DNA from: Deltaproteobacteria bacterium
GTDB lineage: Bacteria > UBA10199 > 2-02-FULL-50-16 > JAJFLM01
Assembly (NCBI GenBank): GCA_021772655.1
Contig: JAJFLM010000057.1
Location: 1 to 45,091 of the forward strand
DNA: 45,091 nucleotides
Direction of reading: 5' to 3'
Positions 20,295-28,770 of the stretch are shown here, piece by piece (the first letter of the stretch is position 1; the number at the start of each line of letters is the position of its first letter). A program made the translations under genes and the position numbers. The notes beneath the pieces are model-generated. The model did no database searches. It was not told where the DNA came from and was given only the letters and a program-made list of their open reading frames with translations.

Positions 20295-20457
20295 TCACAC
20301 ATCATACCTTTCAAACTTTTGTGTATTGTACGAACCTGTGCAATTTGCTCCAGAAGCCAAGAAATGGTTGAATGAGAATGCTACAGAGGAAGTATTGAGC
20401 GGGTTGCGGAAAGTAGTTATCAACAATAGGATTTATGAAGAAAAATGTGAAAAATGA
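20215..20457 (+). CDS. o-spanin-like outer-membrane lipoprotein
   Basis: Signal peptide with lipobox (KRKLAICLGVILLTGC). It starts inside the preceding gene in the +1 frame, the classic overlapped Rz/Rz1 architecture. Confidence 0.6.
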   Translation: MKILSLKTGSKRKLAICLGVILLTGCSHTSYLSNFCVLYEPVQFAPEAKKWLNENATEEVLSGLRKVVINNRIYEEKCEK

Positions 20458-20684
20458 GTCTTGAAACGCTTGGTAAGGTGTTCTGGGTATTAATCGGCAT
20501 TGCGCTCTGTGTATTCATTTGGTTGAGCCGAGCACATGCGGAGCGGGTTGTTCAGTTGCCAGTCCTTTACCCAAGCACTTGTGATGGTGCTATGTATCAA
20601 ATCCACTATCAGGACTATTTGCAATTAATCGCATGGGATCAGGAGAATCAGCATGTGTTCGAACAGTACTGCGGAGATTGTTGA
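20454..20684 (+). CDS. small membrane/secreted protein
   Basis: 76 aa. Hydrophobic N-terminus VFWVLIGIALCVFIWLS and four Cys. Last gene of the plus arm. Confidence 0.4.
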   Translation: MSLETLGKVFWVLIGIALCVFIWLSRAHAERVVQLPVLYPSTCDGAMYQIHYQDYLQLIAWDQENQHVFEQYCGDC

Positions 20685-21371
20685 TCACTTCTTATCTTTA
20701 GAATAACTAATCATATCCAGATATTCATCCCACCATATTTTAGAGTGGTTGCACTCTTTATAATCCGGGAAGCAGGGAGTTCCCAAAGTATAGTGATATA
20801 ACTTTGCATTGTCGTTCTTTTCATACTCCCCTATTAACCAATTCCATTCTTTCGGTAACTCACCAATCAAATTGTCATCTTCCAACCATCTAAACTGGTG
20901 GAGATCAAGTCCCGACGCGATGTTGACATAGGATGGGGTAAGCCGCGTGCAAAGCGAATTTCGAAACACCATAACACTAGACCAGTTTTTCTTCTGATAC
21001 ACGCTTTGATGCTGGTTGAGGAATTTCCGCTCGGTCTTCGGTGTATAATCGTGCTTGACACACCATATAGCCTTTTTTTGGTTTGATTGTGCAAGTTTGA
21101 GTAACTCATATATATCGGCCATGCACACAACGTCACAGTCCATAAAGATAGAGATGCCTTCGAAATCAGAGAGATATGGGGTGAGAAATCGACTAAAAGA
21201 GAAATCGGTGCTCTGCAATGCATGGCGTTGTCTCCACATTTTGTCAATTAAGTTGTGCTTATAAAGCGGTATAATGCTGACAGGTTGAGATGCGCGCTTG
21301 AGAATACTGTGAGCCGCAACACTGTAAGCCACACGCTCATGCCTGTCATAACCGATGAAGATTTTGATCAT
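20685..21371 (-). CDS. glycosyltransferase, GT8-like (putative)
   Basis: 228 aa. N-terminal IFIGYD...AYSV, DxD motif (FMDCDVVCMAD) and a C-terminal H-containing region, resembling retaining GT-A/GT8 enzymes. Confidence 0.55.
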   Translation of the reverse strand: MIKIFIGYDRHERVAYSVAAHSILKRASQPVSIIPLYKHNLIDKMWRQRHALQSTDFSFSRFLTPYLSDFEGISIFMDCDVVCMADIYELLKLAQSNQKKAIWCVKHDYTPKTERKFLNQHQSVYQKKNWSSVMVFRNSLCTRLTPSYVNIASGLDLHQFRWLEDDNLIGELPKEWNWLIGEYEKNDNAKLYHYTLGTPCFPDYKECNHSKIWWDEYLDMISYSKDKK

Positions 21372-21373
21372 AT

Positions 21374-21574
21374 TTATTTCCAGTAATTAGCGATGCTGCT
21401 ATTAATTTTATTTAGCTCAAGTTTACAATATTCAAGATCATCTCTATATTCGTTAAGCTTACCTTTTTGTTCAGCTGTCAAGGTATTGAGTTCTTCATAA
21501 TAAGGAATCCATCTTTCAGCTGTTCTTATTCTTTTTTTAAGTTCGTGAGCTTCTTCCTTAATTTTTATTTTCAT
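21374..21574 (-). CDS. hypothetical coiled-coil protein
   Basis: 66-aa K/E-rich ORF in a strongly AT-rich segment. Confidence 0.4.
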   Translation of the reverse strand: MKIKIKEEAHELKKRIRTAERWIPYYEELNTLTAEQKGKLNEYRDDLEYCKLELNKINSSIANYWK

Positions 21575-21891
21575 TTCATTCCCTTAATCCTTTTTACATT
21601 ACCATTTTTAATGTTGTGATTTTTTTGAATATCATTTGTTTTATTTTCATATATTATTTCCAATATTTCATAAAGGGGAGATTCTATTATATGGGAAATA
21701 TTTACACTGTAGATTAATTCAACTTGCTCTTTTATCTCGTCTAAATCTTTTTCGTAATCTTTAAGCGTAGTTTTATCTGTAGTAATTAAAGGTTCTACTT
21801 GAAGTATTTTATCGCAGAATTCGTTAAGTTCTTTTTCTAGTTTAGATATTTTTTCATCGGAAGCTGGAACAATTTTATCAAATTTCTTCAT
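21571..21891 (-). CDS. hypothetical protein
   Basis: 106-aa K/E/I/N-rich ORF in the same AT-rich segment. ATGA overlaps at both ends. Confidence 0.4.
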   Translation of the reverse strand: MKKFDKIVPASDEKISKLEKELNEFCDKILQVEPLITTDKTTLKDYEKDLDEIKEQVELIYSVNISHIIESPLYEILEIIYENKTNDIQKNHNIKNGNVKRIKGMK

Positions 21892-22502
21892 TTCCTCACC
21901 TCAATTCTCATGTCACGGAATGGCCTATGGAACTTCGGTTCGGCATAAACTACTACCTCATCAAACCCTACCGACTTAAGCAATTCAAACATCTCCAACG
22001 GTCTAAAGCACCACTTATGTTCCATTGCAGGATCTTTTGATTTCTGATCGCCGTACAATCCAGCCATACAATCTGAAAGTATATTGACAGTTCTTCCATC
22101 CGGTAATTTCTTATCGCAAGACCATGAATAACTATTAAAGCAATCAATTATCTTATTTAAATCAGGACATTCAATCACCAGCAATCCATTTTTATCCAGA
22201 ACTCGATACCATTCTTTCAATGCCCATTCAGTTTTCCATCTGGGGATGTGTTCTATTACGTGAATACAAGTTACTTCTTGAACGAAATTATCAGGTATCC
22301 AATCCAGCTTCGTTATATCAGATTCGCACCAAAGATACCCTTCCTTGTGCGGAACCTTGATATCTACATTGATGAAATCTTTCCACAACCTGTCCCCGCA
22401 TCCCAAATTTAATCGGATAGGGCGTTCTGCCACATCCTGCCAATCAATTCCGGTGCATGGTTCCTTTGTATATACTCCTGACATTTTGTTATTCGCTGGC
22501 AT
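21888..22502 (-). CDS. SAM-dependent methyltransferase (class I)
   Basis: Motif I LNLGCGDRLW, VDI acidic loop and IHVIEHI motif. SD GAGGAAAT before the ATG at 22502. Confidence 0.75.
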   Translation of the reverse strand: MPANNKMSGVYTKEPCTGIDWQDVAERPIRLNLGCGDRLWKDFINVDIKVPHKEGYLWCESDITKLDWIPDNFVQEVTCIHVIEHIPRWKTEWALKEWYRVLDKNGLLVIECPDLNKIIDCFNSYSWSCDKKLPDGRTVNILSDCMAGLYGDQKSKDPAMEHKWCFRPLEMFELLKSVGFDEVVVYAEPKFHRPFRDMRIEVRK

Positions 22503-23302
22503 ATTTCCTCACTTGTTTGAGTTTTGTACCAATGCAGTCCATCTCTTATATTGCCAACCCACATCCATTTCTTGAACGGTTCGTAGGCGGGCAAATGATC
22601 GGCGATAACGAACACGCCTCTGGCAACTGCGTTAATGAGTCGGTTCGGACTCTTGCATCGGTACCAGTTGTCATCTCTGGTGGGGATAATACAGACATCT
22701 GAATGGGACAGACCAGACAGTGTTCCCTCCTGCGTGTAAGGTTCACTCCAGTTGTACTGATCTGCCCCAATTCCCTTAAACTCATAAGTATCGTTACAAA
22801 TATCAATCCAGAACTTATGATGCAAGTCTTCAATAATTCTTCCGGTTTCCAGCAGCGGCGGCACGCTCAGATTGTTGCCATGCCAGAAGATCGCCGGGTT
22901 CTTCATATCGTAGAATGGCTTGGATGGCACAATCTCAACTTCAAGAGGATCGTCAATCACTTTAGGAATAACCCCTAACTCATGCGTGATAACATCTGCC
23001 ATTGCCTGGGTTGAGCAAGTGATCATGTCAGCCATGCACGCAGCCTTCATGTGGACATCCACATGCTCTGTGATGAAGTGGTTGTCACACATGTCCAGAC
23101 AAATCTTACCCCATCCCCGCCATTGCAGTTCTCTAAGATCCAAGCCAACCGCCTTGTTGACAACGACCCAATCTGAATGCAGACGATTCCCCGTTAGGTT
23201 GACTTCATGACCCAGTTTCTGCAGTTCATGGCTCGGGATGATGATCCGGTATCGGCTCGATGCCCTGTTCGGGTCCGGTTTTGGAAGATAGCTTATTATC
23301 AT
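22409..23302 (-). CDS. glycosyltransferase-like protein (GT-B-like, putative)
   Basis: 297 aa. N-terminal SRYRIIIPSHELQKLGHEV and C-terminal KSPNRLINAVARGVFVI resemble GT-B fold sugar transferases. The 3' end overlaps the methyltransferase start by 94 nt. Confidence 0.45.
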   Translation of the reverse strand: MIISYLPKPDPNRASSRYRIIIPSHELQKLGHEVNLTGNRLHSDWVVVNKAVGLDLRELQWRGWGKICLDMCDNHFITEHVDVHMKAACMADMITCSTQAMADVITHELGVIPKVIDDPLEVEIVPSKPFYDMKNPAIFWHGNNLSVPPLLETGRIIEDLHHKFWIDICNDTYEFKGIGADQYNWSEPYTQEGTLSGLSHSDVCIIPTRDDNWYRCKSPNRLINAVARGVFVIADHLPAYEPFKKWMWVGNIRDGLHWYKTQTSEEICQRITKCQEYIQRNHAPELIGRMWQNALSD

Positions 23303-24107
23303 GTTCTCTCTGTGCCTCTTGTGATTTACGTATCAATTCTGAAATAACAGCGCTCATGAAACTTTCGCCGTGTATTGACATGTTCACATCTTTCAGTTGT
23401 CTGAGTATCATCTGCATCTCTTCAGCCTGCTTCACCATCGCAGGAGTAGCATAATACGGCCCCTTTGTACCGGCGTACACCTCAATCATCTTCTCATGTG
23501 ATATGTGACCACTGACTCCGGTATTGCCACAGGAATCGAAACCATAGAGATGGAACTGTCTGAAACCCAACATATACATGAGGTAGAGAGTTCTAAGGCC
23601 AGAAGTCGTTCCACCCAATACCAATGGTCGATTCTTGATAATCTCCTTCTCTCCGACATCGGCAAAGCAATGCCAGAGCAAGACCGGAACTTTCGGCTCA
23701 TCATGCACGAAGTGGTCCAGGAAGTCTTTGTGGCACTGCGATGCCAACATGTAAGTCACACGCTTGTCCTTCTTATGGAAATAGCGCATCTGATTGTTCT
23801 GCGGATCAACCGCTGTGCAAGCGTTGGGAATGATGCCTTGTTCGATTAACCAGTCATGCGATCCCTTGATTGAAACAACAGGTTGCCCGTGTTCCTGATG
23901 CCGCTTGATGTCCTCAAGGTGGTTCTTGACAGTTGGGCCAGCGCCTACAAGCGCTACAGTTCCATCGTGTGCCAACGGTGCAGGGAAGATCTCTGGAAGT
24001 CTGAGAGACATCGCGTACTTGATGTTCTCAATGATCTCTGGACCAGCAGAGATGCAGCGAGCCTTTATTTTAAGCGGCCTAAGGACTTTCTTTTTGCTCA
24101 CAACCAC
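23226..24107 (-). CDS. DUF115 / MptE-like (Maf-type) glycosyltransferase-like protein
   Basis: VALVGAGPTVKNHLEDI ... VVSIKGSHDWLIEQGIIPNACTAVDPQ matches the GxGPS...NG...GI.PD...D signature of the DUF115/Maf family. The low-complexity C-terminal tail overlaps the next gene by 77 nt. Confidence 0.6.
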   Translation of the reverse strand: MVVSKKKVLRPLKIKARCISAGPEIIENIKYAMSLRLPEIFPAPLAHDGTVALVGAGPTVKNHLEDIKRHQEHGQPVVSIKGSHDWLIEQGIIPNACTAVDPQNNQMRYFHKKDKRVTYMLASQCHKDFLDHFVHDEPKVPVLLWHCFADVGEKEIIKNRPLVLGGTTSGLRTLYLMYMLGFRQFHLYGFDSCGNTGVSGHISHEKMIEVYAGTKGPYYATPAMVKQAEEMQMILRQLKDVNMSIHGESFMSAVISELIRKSQEAQREHDNKLSSKTGPEQGIEPIPDHHPEP

Positions 24108-24397
24108 CCCGCATTTTTAAATTTCATTTGCGCTACCTCTAGTGAATTCGCCCAGATAGCAAGAGCACCAGCTTCCTGCCATTCCTTTAGACGTTTATAT
24201 TGTAATTCCGTTGGAGCTTTCCCCACCACTTTAACCTCGATAACAAACATACGCCCGTTCATGCAACCATAAATATCCGGCATTCCTTTCTTTACGAACA
24301 TACCGCCGTTGAACAATTTCTCAGCTTTGCAATATTGAAGAGAATTCAACCACTTTAAAATATTATTGGTTATTTTAGATTCATTCATTTTGTACAT
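24098..24397 (-). CDS. VRR-NUC domain nuclease
   Basis: GMPDIYG ... MFVIEVK ... ELQYKRLKEWQEAGA fits the VRR-NUC (PD-(D/E)XK-type) core. The track start is TTG 24409; ATG at 24397 is preferred. Confidence 0.65.
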   Translation of the reverse strand: MYKMNESKITNNILKWLNSLQYCKAEKLFNGGMFVKKGMPDIYGCMNGRMFVIEVKVVGKAPTELQYKRLKEWQEAGALAIWANSLEVAQMKFKNAGWL

Positions 24398-24517
24398 ATC
24401 CACTGCCAATAGCAGTTCTGCCCACGATTATCACATACACAAACAGCTGTTAAATCCTGGCACCCAAGCGGAACCAATGGTTTCAGCGGGATAAGACCGC
24501 ATCCGGTTATTAATATA

Positions 24518-24937
24518 CTAAGAATTATTCCTTTCACGTTTCAGTTCCTCCAATTTCTCTCTTCGTTTTTTACAGGCTATCTTCTCTTTGGCCCTTTCTC
24601 TTACAGCGTTCTTCTTGTATTTTTCACGGTACTTTTTATTGGTAATAGCGTTACGGCATTTCTTGCAATTAACCACGCTATTGTATCTCGCTTCAAAATT
24701 ATCTCCACATATAGTGCATTGTTTTGTTTCTCCACATATAGCGACAAGATTGGTACGAAACTTTGTTAAATTGTATGATTGATTTCTACCGTTAAAAACA
24801 AATTCACCTTGCAATAATAGTTCTGGATAATGTATCCGGTCTAAACGTAATTTTACACCTTCAATTACCATGGTAGCTTTACCGCTTTTGATCGGTTTAT
24901 AAATCCTAACCTCTGAATTGTTGTTCCAGTTACGCAT
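24518..24937 (-). CDS. zinc-finger, basic C-terminal tail protein
   Basis: CTICGD...CKKCRN motifs followed by a K/R/E-rich tail. The ATG at 24937 overlaps the helicase stop (TGATG). The track ORF begins at 24976. Confidence 0.45.
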   Translation of the reverse strand: MRNWNNNSEVRIYKPIKSGKATMVIEGVKLRLDRIHYPELLLQGEFVFNGRNQSYNLTKFRTNLVAICGETKQCTICGDNFEARYNSVVNCKKCRNAITNKKYREKYKKNAVRERAKEKIACKKRREKLEELKRERNNS

Positions 24938-26646
24938 CAATTCAACTCCATATAGAGATTGCTTGACGGTTCGCACAGCACCAGCTCTTCCTTGGCTCTA
25001 GTGAAGCCAACATAGAATACTCTTCGCATTGCATCCTGTGCCCGTTGGTGCTCTCCCATTCCCTTACATGCTTTATAAGAGACATCTGGGAAGATGTATA
25101 CACAGTCCGCTTCCCCGCCTTTCACTGAGTGAATCGTTCCAACTATCACTTGTGGTGTTTCAAACGGAACCTGTTCGCCATAAACTTGTGTTGCGTGTAT
25201 AATCGGGCCAAGTGTTTTCTCATGCTTGCTTTGTAATGAATCTCTAAACCATTGCAAGTCCATGAACAATGCCCTGTGCCCATCTTCAGGATTATTGAAC
25301 ATACTGAGGAATGCACCGAGATTATTGGGATCGAATTTAGCGGTTATATCTTCAAGATTTGCCATAACTCCTCTTTTAAGAATATCATTCGCTCTTAGTG
25401 CTTTTATCCAATTTGTAATCTCTTGTCGGGACCACGGTATAACTGATTTTAGGCGTTTCCCCCATTTCGGATTTAAAAACGAAGCTACCCGATCCACCGG
25501 CATCACCGCTTTTGATTTTCTCTGCAAGGGATTCCAATAAGCTTGCTGCTTGCGATAAGGATTGTGATAAGGTATGCCTTCTTCCTTCAGAGCATGAATA
25601 ATCGGTTTCAACATATACCCGCATGTGGTTAGTATCATGCATGATTTACCTCTATCCAATTGCATGTGAATATCATCCACAACCCGTTCAGGGTCTTGGT
25701 ATCTGGCGCACATGGTTCGGATCAGACCTTTGCGTTCCATAGGATTGTAGTCCGCGTCTATGCGGTTCCTGATCTTGCGAATCCAGGTTTGTGAGAAGTC
25801 ATGAACAAGTTTAGGCACACGGTAAGACTGGGACAGGACGTGAACCCGTTCCTGTGGGAGCCTTCGATCAATGAAGTACTCGGGGTCGGCACCTCTCCAT
25901 TGGTACAAAGACTGATCTGCGTCCATCGCCAGTATCACCTTATCCGCGTATTTGCCCCAGTTCTCACAGAACAACTCAAACTCCAGCTTGGACCAGTCCT
26001 GCGCTTCATCACCAAGCATCAATGACGGGTCTCCTGGAGCCTTGTCAACGCTGTGGATCGCTTCTTCGATCAAGTCGGTGAAGTCCATATAGCCATTGCT
26101 CTGCTTCCACGGCCCCCAATAATCGTTAAAGTTCCTTACGTCATTGCTCCAATTATCGGTATCAACCATCGCCATTCTGTATTGACTGAGTTTCCCTAAT
26201 AGGTCATCTCCTGTCATTTCACCCGCGTCGTCCATGCTGGCTTTGCCGCCGATTTTGAACTGCGGATATTCTTCATTCCATTCCTTGGATTTCGATTCCG
26301 CAATTGTCGGTTGACCGAGCGCGCGGTAAGCATGGGCGTGCAATGTACCGATCATTTCATCAGGGATCATATCAGCCCGATGTTGAATCTCATGCGCCGC
26401 CGCTTTTGTCAGGCTGCAGATCAGGACTCCCTTCGTTCCGTATTCCGCTGCTCCCTTGGCCGCTCGCTTCGTCAAAAATCTCGTCTTGCCAGTCCCTGGG
26501 GGTCCCAACACTTGGTATAAATTCTTCATTAAAGAAATGCTCCTGTCGAATACGCCAATATCTCTTGGTGGCGACTTTCTTACCACTTCTGATACAAACC
26601 CTGAATCCCTCAAATTTAACTTTAAGTAGTTGCTTCTTTGTCTCAT
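24937..26646 (-). CDS. superfamily 1 DNA helicase (UvrD/RecD-like)
   Basis: Walker A GPPGTGKT, Walker B/motif II LMLGDEAQD, and C-terminal TIHSVKGGEAD and VGFTRAKE motifs. Start uncertain (GTG 26649, ATG 26646 or ATG 26529). Confidence 0.8.
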   Translation of the reverse strand: MRQRSNYLKLNLRDSGFVSEVVRKSPPRDIGVFDRSISLMKNLYQVLGPPGTGKTRFLTKRAAKGAAEYGTKGVLICSLTKAAAHEIQHRADMIPDEMIGTLHAHAYRALGQPTIAESKSKEWNEEYPQFKIGGKASMDDAGEMTGDDLLGKLSQYRMAMVDTDNWSNDVRNFNDYWGPWKQSNGYMDFTDLIEEAIHSVDKAPGDPSLMLGDEAQDWSKLEFELFCENWGKYADKVILAMDADQSLYQWRGADPEYFIDRRLPQERVHVLSQSYRVPKLVHDFSQTWIRKIRNRIDADYNPMERKGLIRTMCARYQDPERVVDDIHMQLDRGKSCMILTTCGYMLKPIIHALKEEGIPYHNPYRKQQAYWNPLQRKSKAVMPVDRVASFLNPKWGKRLKSVIPWSRQEITNWIKALRANDILKRGVMANLEDITAKFDPNNLGAFLSMFNNPEDGHRALFMDLQWFRDSLQSKHEKTLGPIIHATQVYGEQVPFETPQVIVGTIHSVKGGEADCVYIFPDVSYKACKGMGEHQRAQDAMRRVFYVGFTRAKEELVLCEPSSNLYMELN

Positions 26647-28033
26647 CACGTTCTTGCTTGATATCGCACTGATTTAGCAGATACCGTCTATAATCATCCA
26701 TGTTGAGGTACAGCCAATCCTCTCTTGAAAATGGCTTTTGATTGTTGGCCTGCTTCTTCCAATCCGAGTCATCCCCAGGTTCAATGCCGTTTTTTTCCCA
26801 ATACCCAACAATGAGTTCTTTAATCCCTGAATCATGATCCAGATCCGAGTTTGGTTCATACTCCGTGATCGTATGGAACTTCCCTGTAATTGCATGCCAT
26901 TCTGATCGTTTGAGTTGGTTCGCTGACTGATGCGCGTAATCGTAAATAATTTGCTGGAATAAGGTCTGGTTGAGTAGTTCCGATGATCCACCAATGTGAA
27001 TTCTCTGGCCATTAATGACAAGGAAATAAGTCCCTGGAGCACGCCCCATCTTGACAATCTTGTCGATGAGGATGCCGGTCGCGTTCCTGATTTCCCCTTG
27101 TGCCACTTCAAATGTTTCATTCTTGGGGGTCTTGTTCTTCTCATGCCATGCCATTGCGTTGGCATAGACACGTTTGAACAGGTAATCTTCGCGGGGTAGG
27201 AACTTAGGTGTGAGTTCACCGTGTTTGCGCCGCCATGAGCATATGAGGGCGAAACATTCCAGAGGTGTCCATCCCGCTCTGATTGCGAAGCTGACAAGCT
27301 GGTAGTCATACCCGGAAGCTGACTTGTCTTCAAGTTCCCGGTCCCGTTTACGGTCCCAGGTGCGCTGGAAGATATTGTCATTGGCATACGCTGCCTCAAA
27401 CTTGTCTTCTGGGGGTTGTAGTGACTCATCATACTTGAACTCACCTTCCACCGTGATACGCTTACTCTCCTCCTTAGTGGGCTGTAAGTACTTGGAGGCG
27501 AACTCATTGAGTTGTTGCTGCCGGTCTTCGACGGTTTGCGGCGTGCCTTCATGGTGCATCCCTGTGATGGTGAAGAATCGTAGATTGTCGTAGATTTCCA
27601 TGAACCCAGATCGGCACTTGGAACCTTGCGGTTTCTTAGCTTTGATGATGATGTGAAGGCCAGTTTGGGATGGTGAGACTTCGGTGTATGAGTTGAAGAA
27701 ATCAACTTGTTCTTTGGCGGCTTTACTGAGGATGCCTGTATTGGGGTCGCGGATCTTGTCAAGGTCGATACCGCAGAATTCACTTTCTTCCGTGAAAACG
27801 AATCCTGCACCGCCGCCGCTTTTAAAATCGCCATTGAGCAGAGCTTGACAAACATCGTCATAAGTTGACAGGTTCTCCGGTTTCTTGATGGAAATTTTGT
27901 ACTTGCCAGTAAGATCATAGGGGACTTTCTCGATTCTTCCATTTTCCCCTTTGATTAGTTTCCAGCAAATCCAAGCTTTAACTTCTGCAAGAGTTTCAAC
28001 GGCAGAGGTATTTTGCGGAATAATAACGCTCAC
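26390..28033 (-). CDS. DNA primase-polymerase (prim-pol) with PriCT-like C-terminal region
   Basis: AEP-type motifs GIDLDK (DxD) and EVSPSQTGLHII (sxH), then SGYDYQLVSFAIRAGW (PriCT-like). The 3' end overlaps the helicase ORF by about 260 nt. Confidence 0.75.
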   Translation of the reverse strand: MSVIIPQNTSAVETLAEVKAWICWKLIKGENGRIEKVPYDLTGKYKISIKKPENLSTYDDVCQALLNGDFKSGGGAGFVFTEESEFCGIDLDKIRDPNTGILSKAAKEQVDFFNSYTEVSPSQTGLHIIIKAKKPQGSKCRSGFMEIYDNLRFFTITGMHHEGTPQTVEDRQQQLNEFASKYLQPTKEESKRITVEGEFKYDESLQPPEDKFEAAYANDNIFQRTWDRKRDRELEDKSASGYDYQLVSFAIRAGWTPLECFALICSWRRKHGELTPKFLPREDYLFKRVYANAMAWHEKNKTPKNETFEVAQGEIRNATGILIDKIVKMGRAPGTYFLVINGQRIHIGGSSELLNQTLFQQIIYDYAHQSANQLKRSEWHAITGKFHTITEYEPNSDLDHDSGIKELIVGYWEKNGIEPGDDSDWKKQANNQKPFSREDWLYLNMDDYRRYLLNQCDIKQERDETKKQLLKVKFEGFRVCIRSGKKVATKRYWRIRQEHFFNEEFIPSVGTPRDWQDEIFDEASGQGSSGIRNEGSPDLQPDKSGGA

Positions 28034-28056
28034 AGAGCCTCCACTTTGCTATGAGG

Positions 28057-28770
28057 TTATTTTAGATCGGTCTGCATTCCATTGAATGATTTCACATACT
28101 TACTAATGAATTCGTTTTCATCTGAATTTAACCTGCGTACCATTTTAGGGACCACAACATAATATGCTGTATTGTCTGGATTTGCAGTCTTTTGAAGACC
28201 GAAGGAAACGATAGCGGAATAATAGCTAATCCCCTCAGATAGCATATTGAGAAAAAACTTCTTTATTTCGTTGTAAGATCCAGTCGGGATTTGTAAAACC
28301 ATCGGCAGAAACTTATCAGGCGTGACAATATACAGAACACGTTGAAGTTTACATGCTTGCCCCCGGCCTTTTTTACCAGACCCCCACTGGGCCAGAGGAC
28401 ATTTCGCGCAATCGAATGTTTTAATATTGCCTGATCCAGTGGGGTCTCCGTATCCTTGAACGCCATCATCAGAAGCGCAGTCTGGGGGCTCTCCTGAACT
28501 GCCTTCATTCATCGACTTGATGTAATACTGTCTAGCATCATGCCATTTGACTATTATTGCCTCAATATCTTTGACTGACTTCTCACCTTCAGCCCCCGCC
28601 ACAGACCAAAACGAACCACTTGTGCCGGAAGGAACCAATATCTTTTGCAGATCGAATCTTCCGATAGCGACGTTACCCATGTTTTCATGGATCGCCGCTG
28701 ACATTTCATCTGGGTCTTGTTTGAATAATGCAAATTCTGATTTAACTAAGGCTGTCTTTTCGTTCATCAC
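28057..28770 (-). CDS. hypothetical replication-module protein with Cys cluster
   Basis: 237-aa ORF between the coiled-coil gene and prim-pol. Contains PPDCASDDG ... CAKCP ... ACK. Family not recognised. Confidence 0.5.
   Translation of the reverse strand: MMNEKTALVKSEFALFKQDPDEMSAAIHENMGNVAIGRFDLQKILVPSGTSGSFWSVAGAEGEKSVKDIEAIIVKWHDARQYYIKSMNEGSSGEPPDCASDDGVQGYGDPTGSGNIKTFDCAKCPLAQWGSGKKGRGQACKLQRVLYIVTPDKFLPMVLQIPTGSYNEIKKFFLNMLSEGISYYSAIVSFGLQKTANPDNTAYYVVVPKMVRRLNSDENEFISKYVKSFNGMQTDLK

Noticed and set aside
20867-21247. 126-aa alternative-frame ORF on the minus strand, and plus-strand ORFs inside the GT8-like gene
   Set aside because: The 228-aa frame carries the DxD motif and spans the whole interval. 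The others are nested and lack signals.
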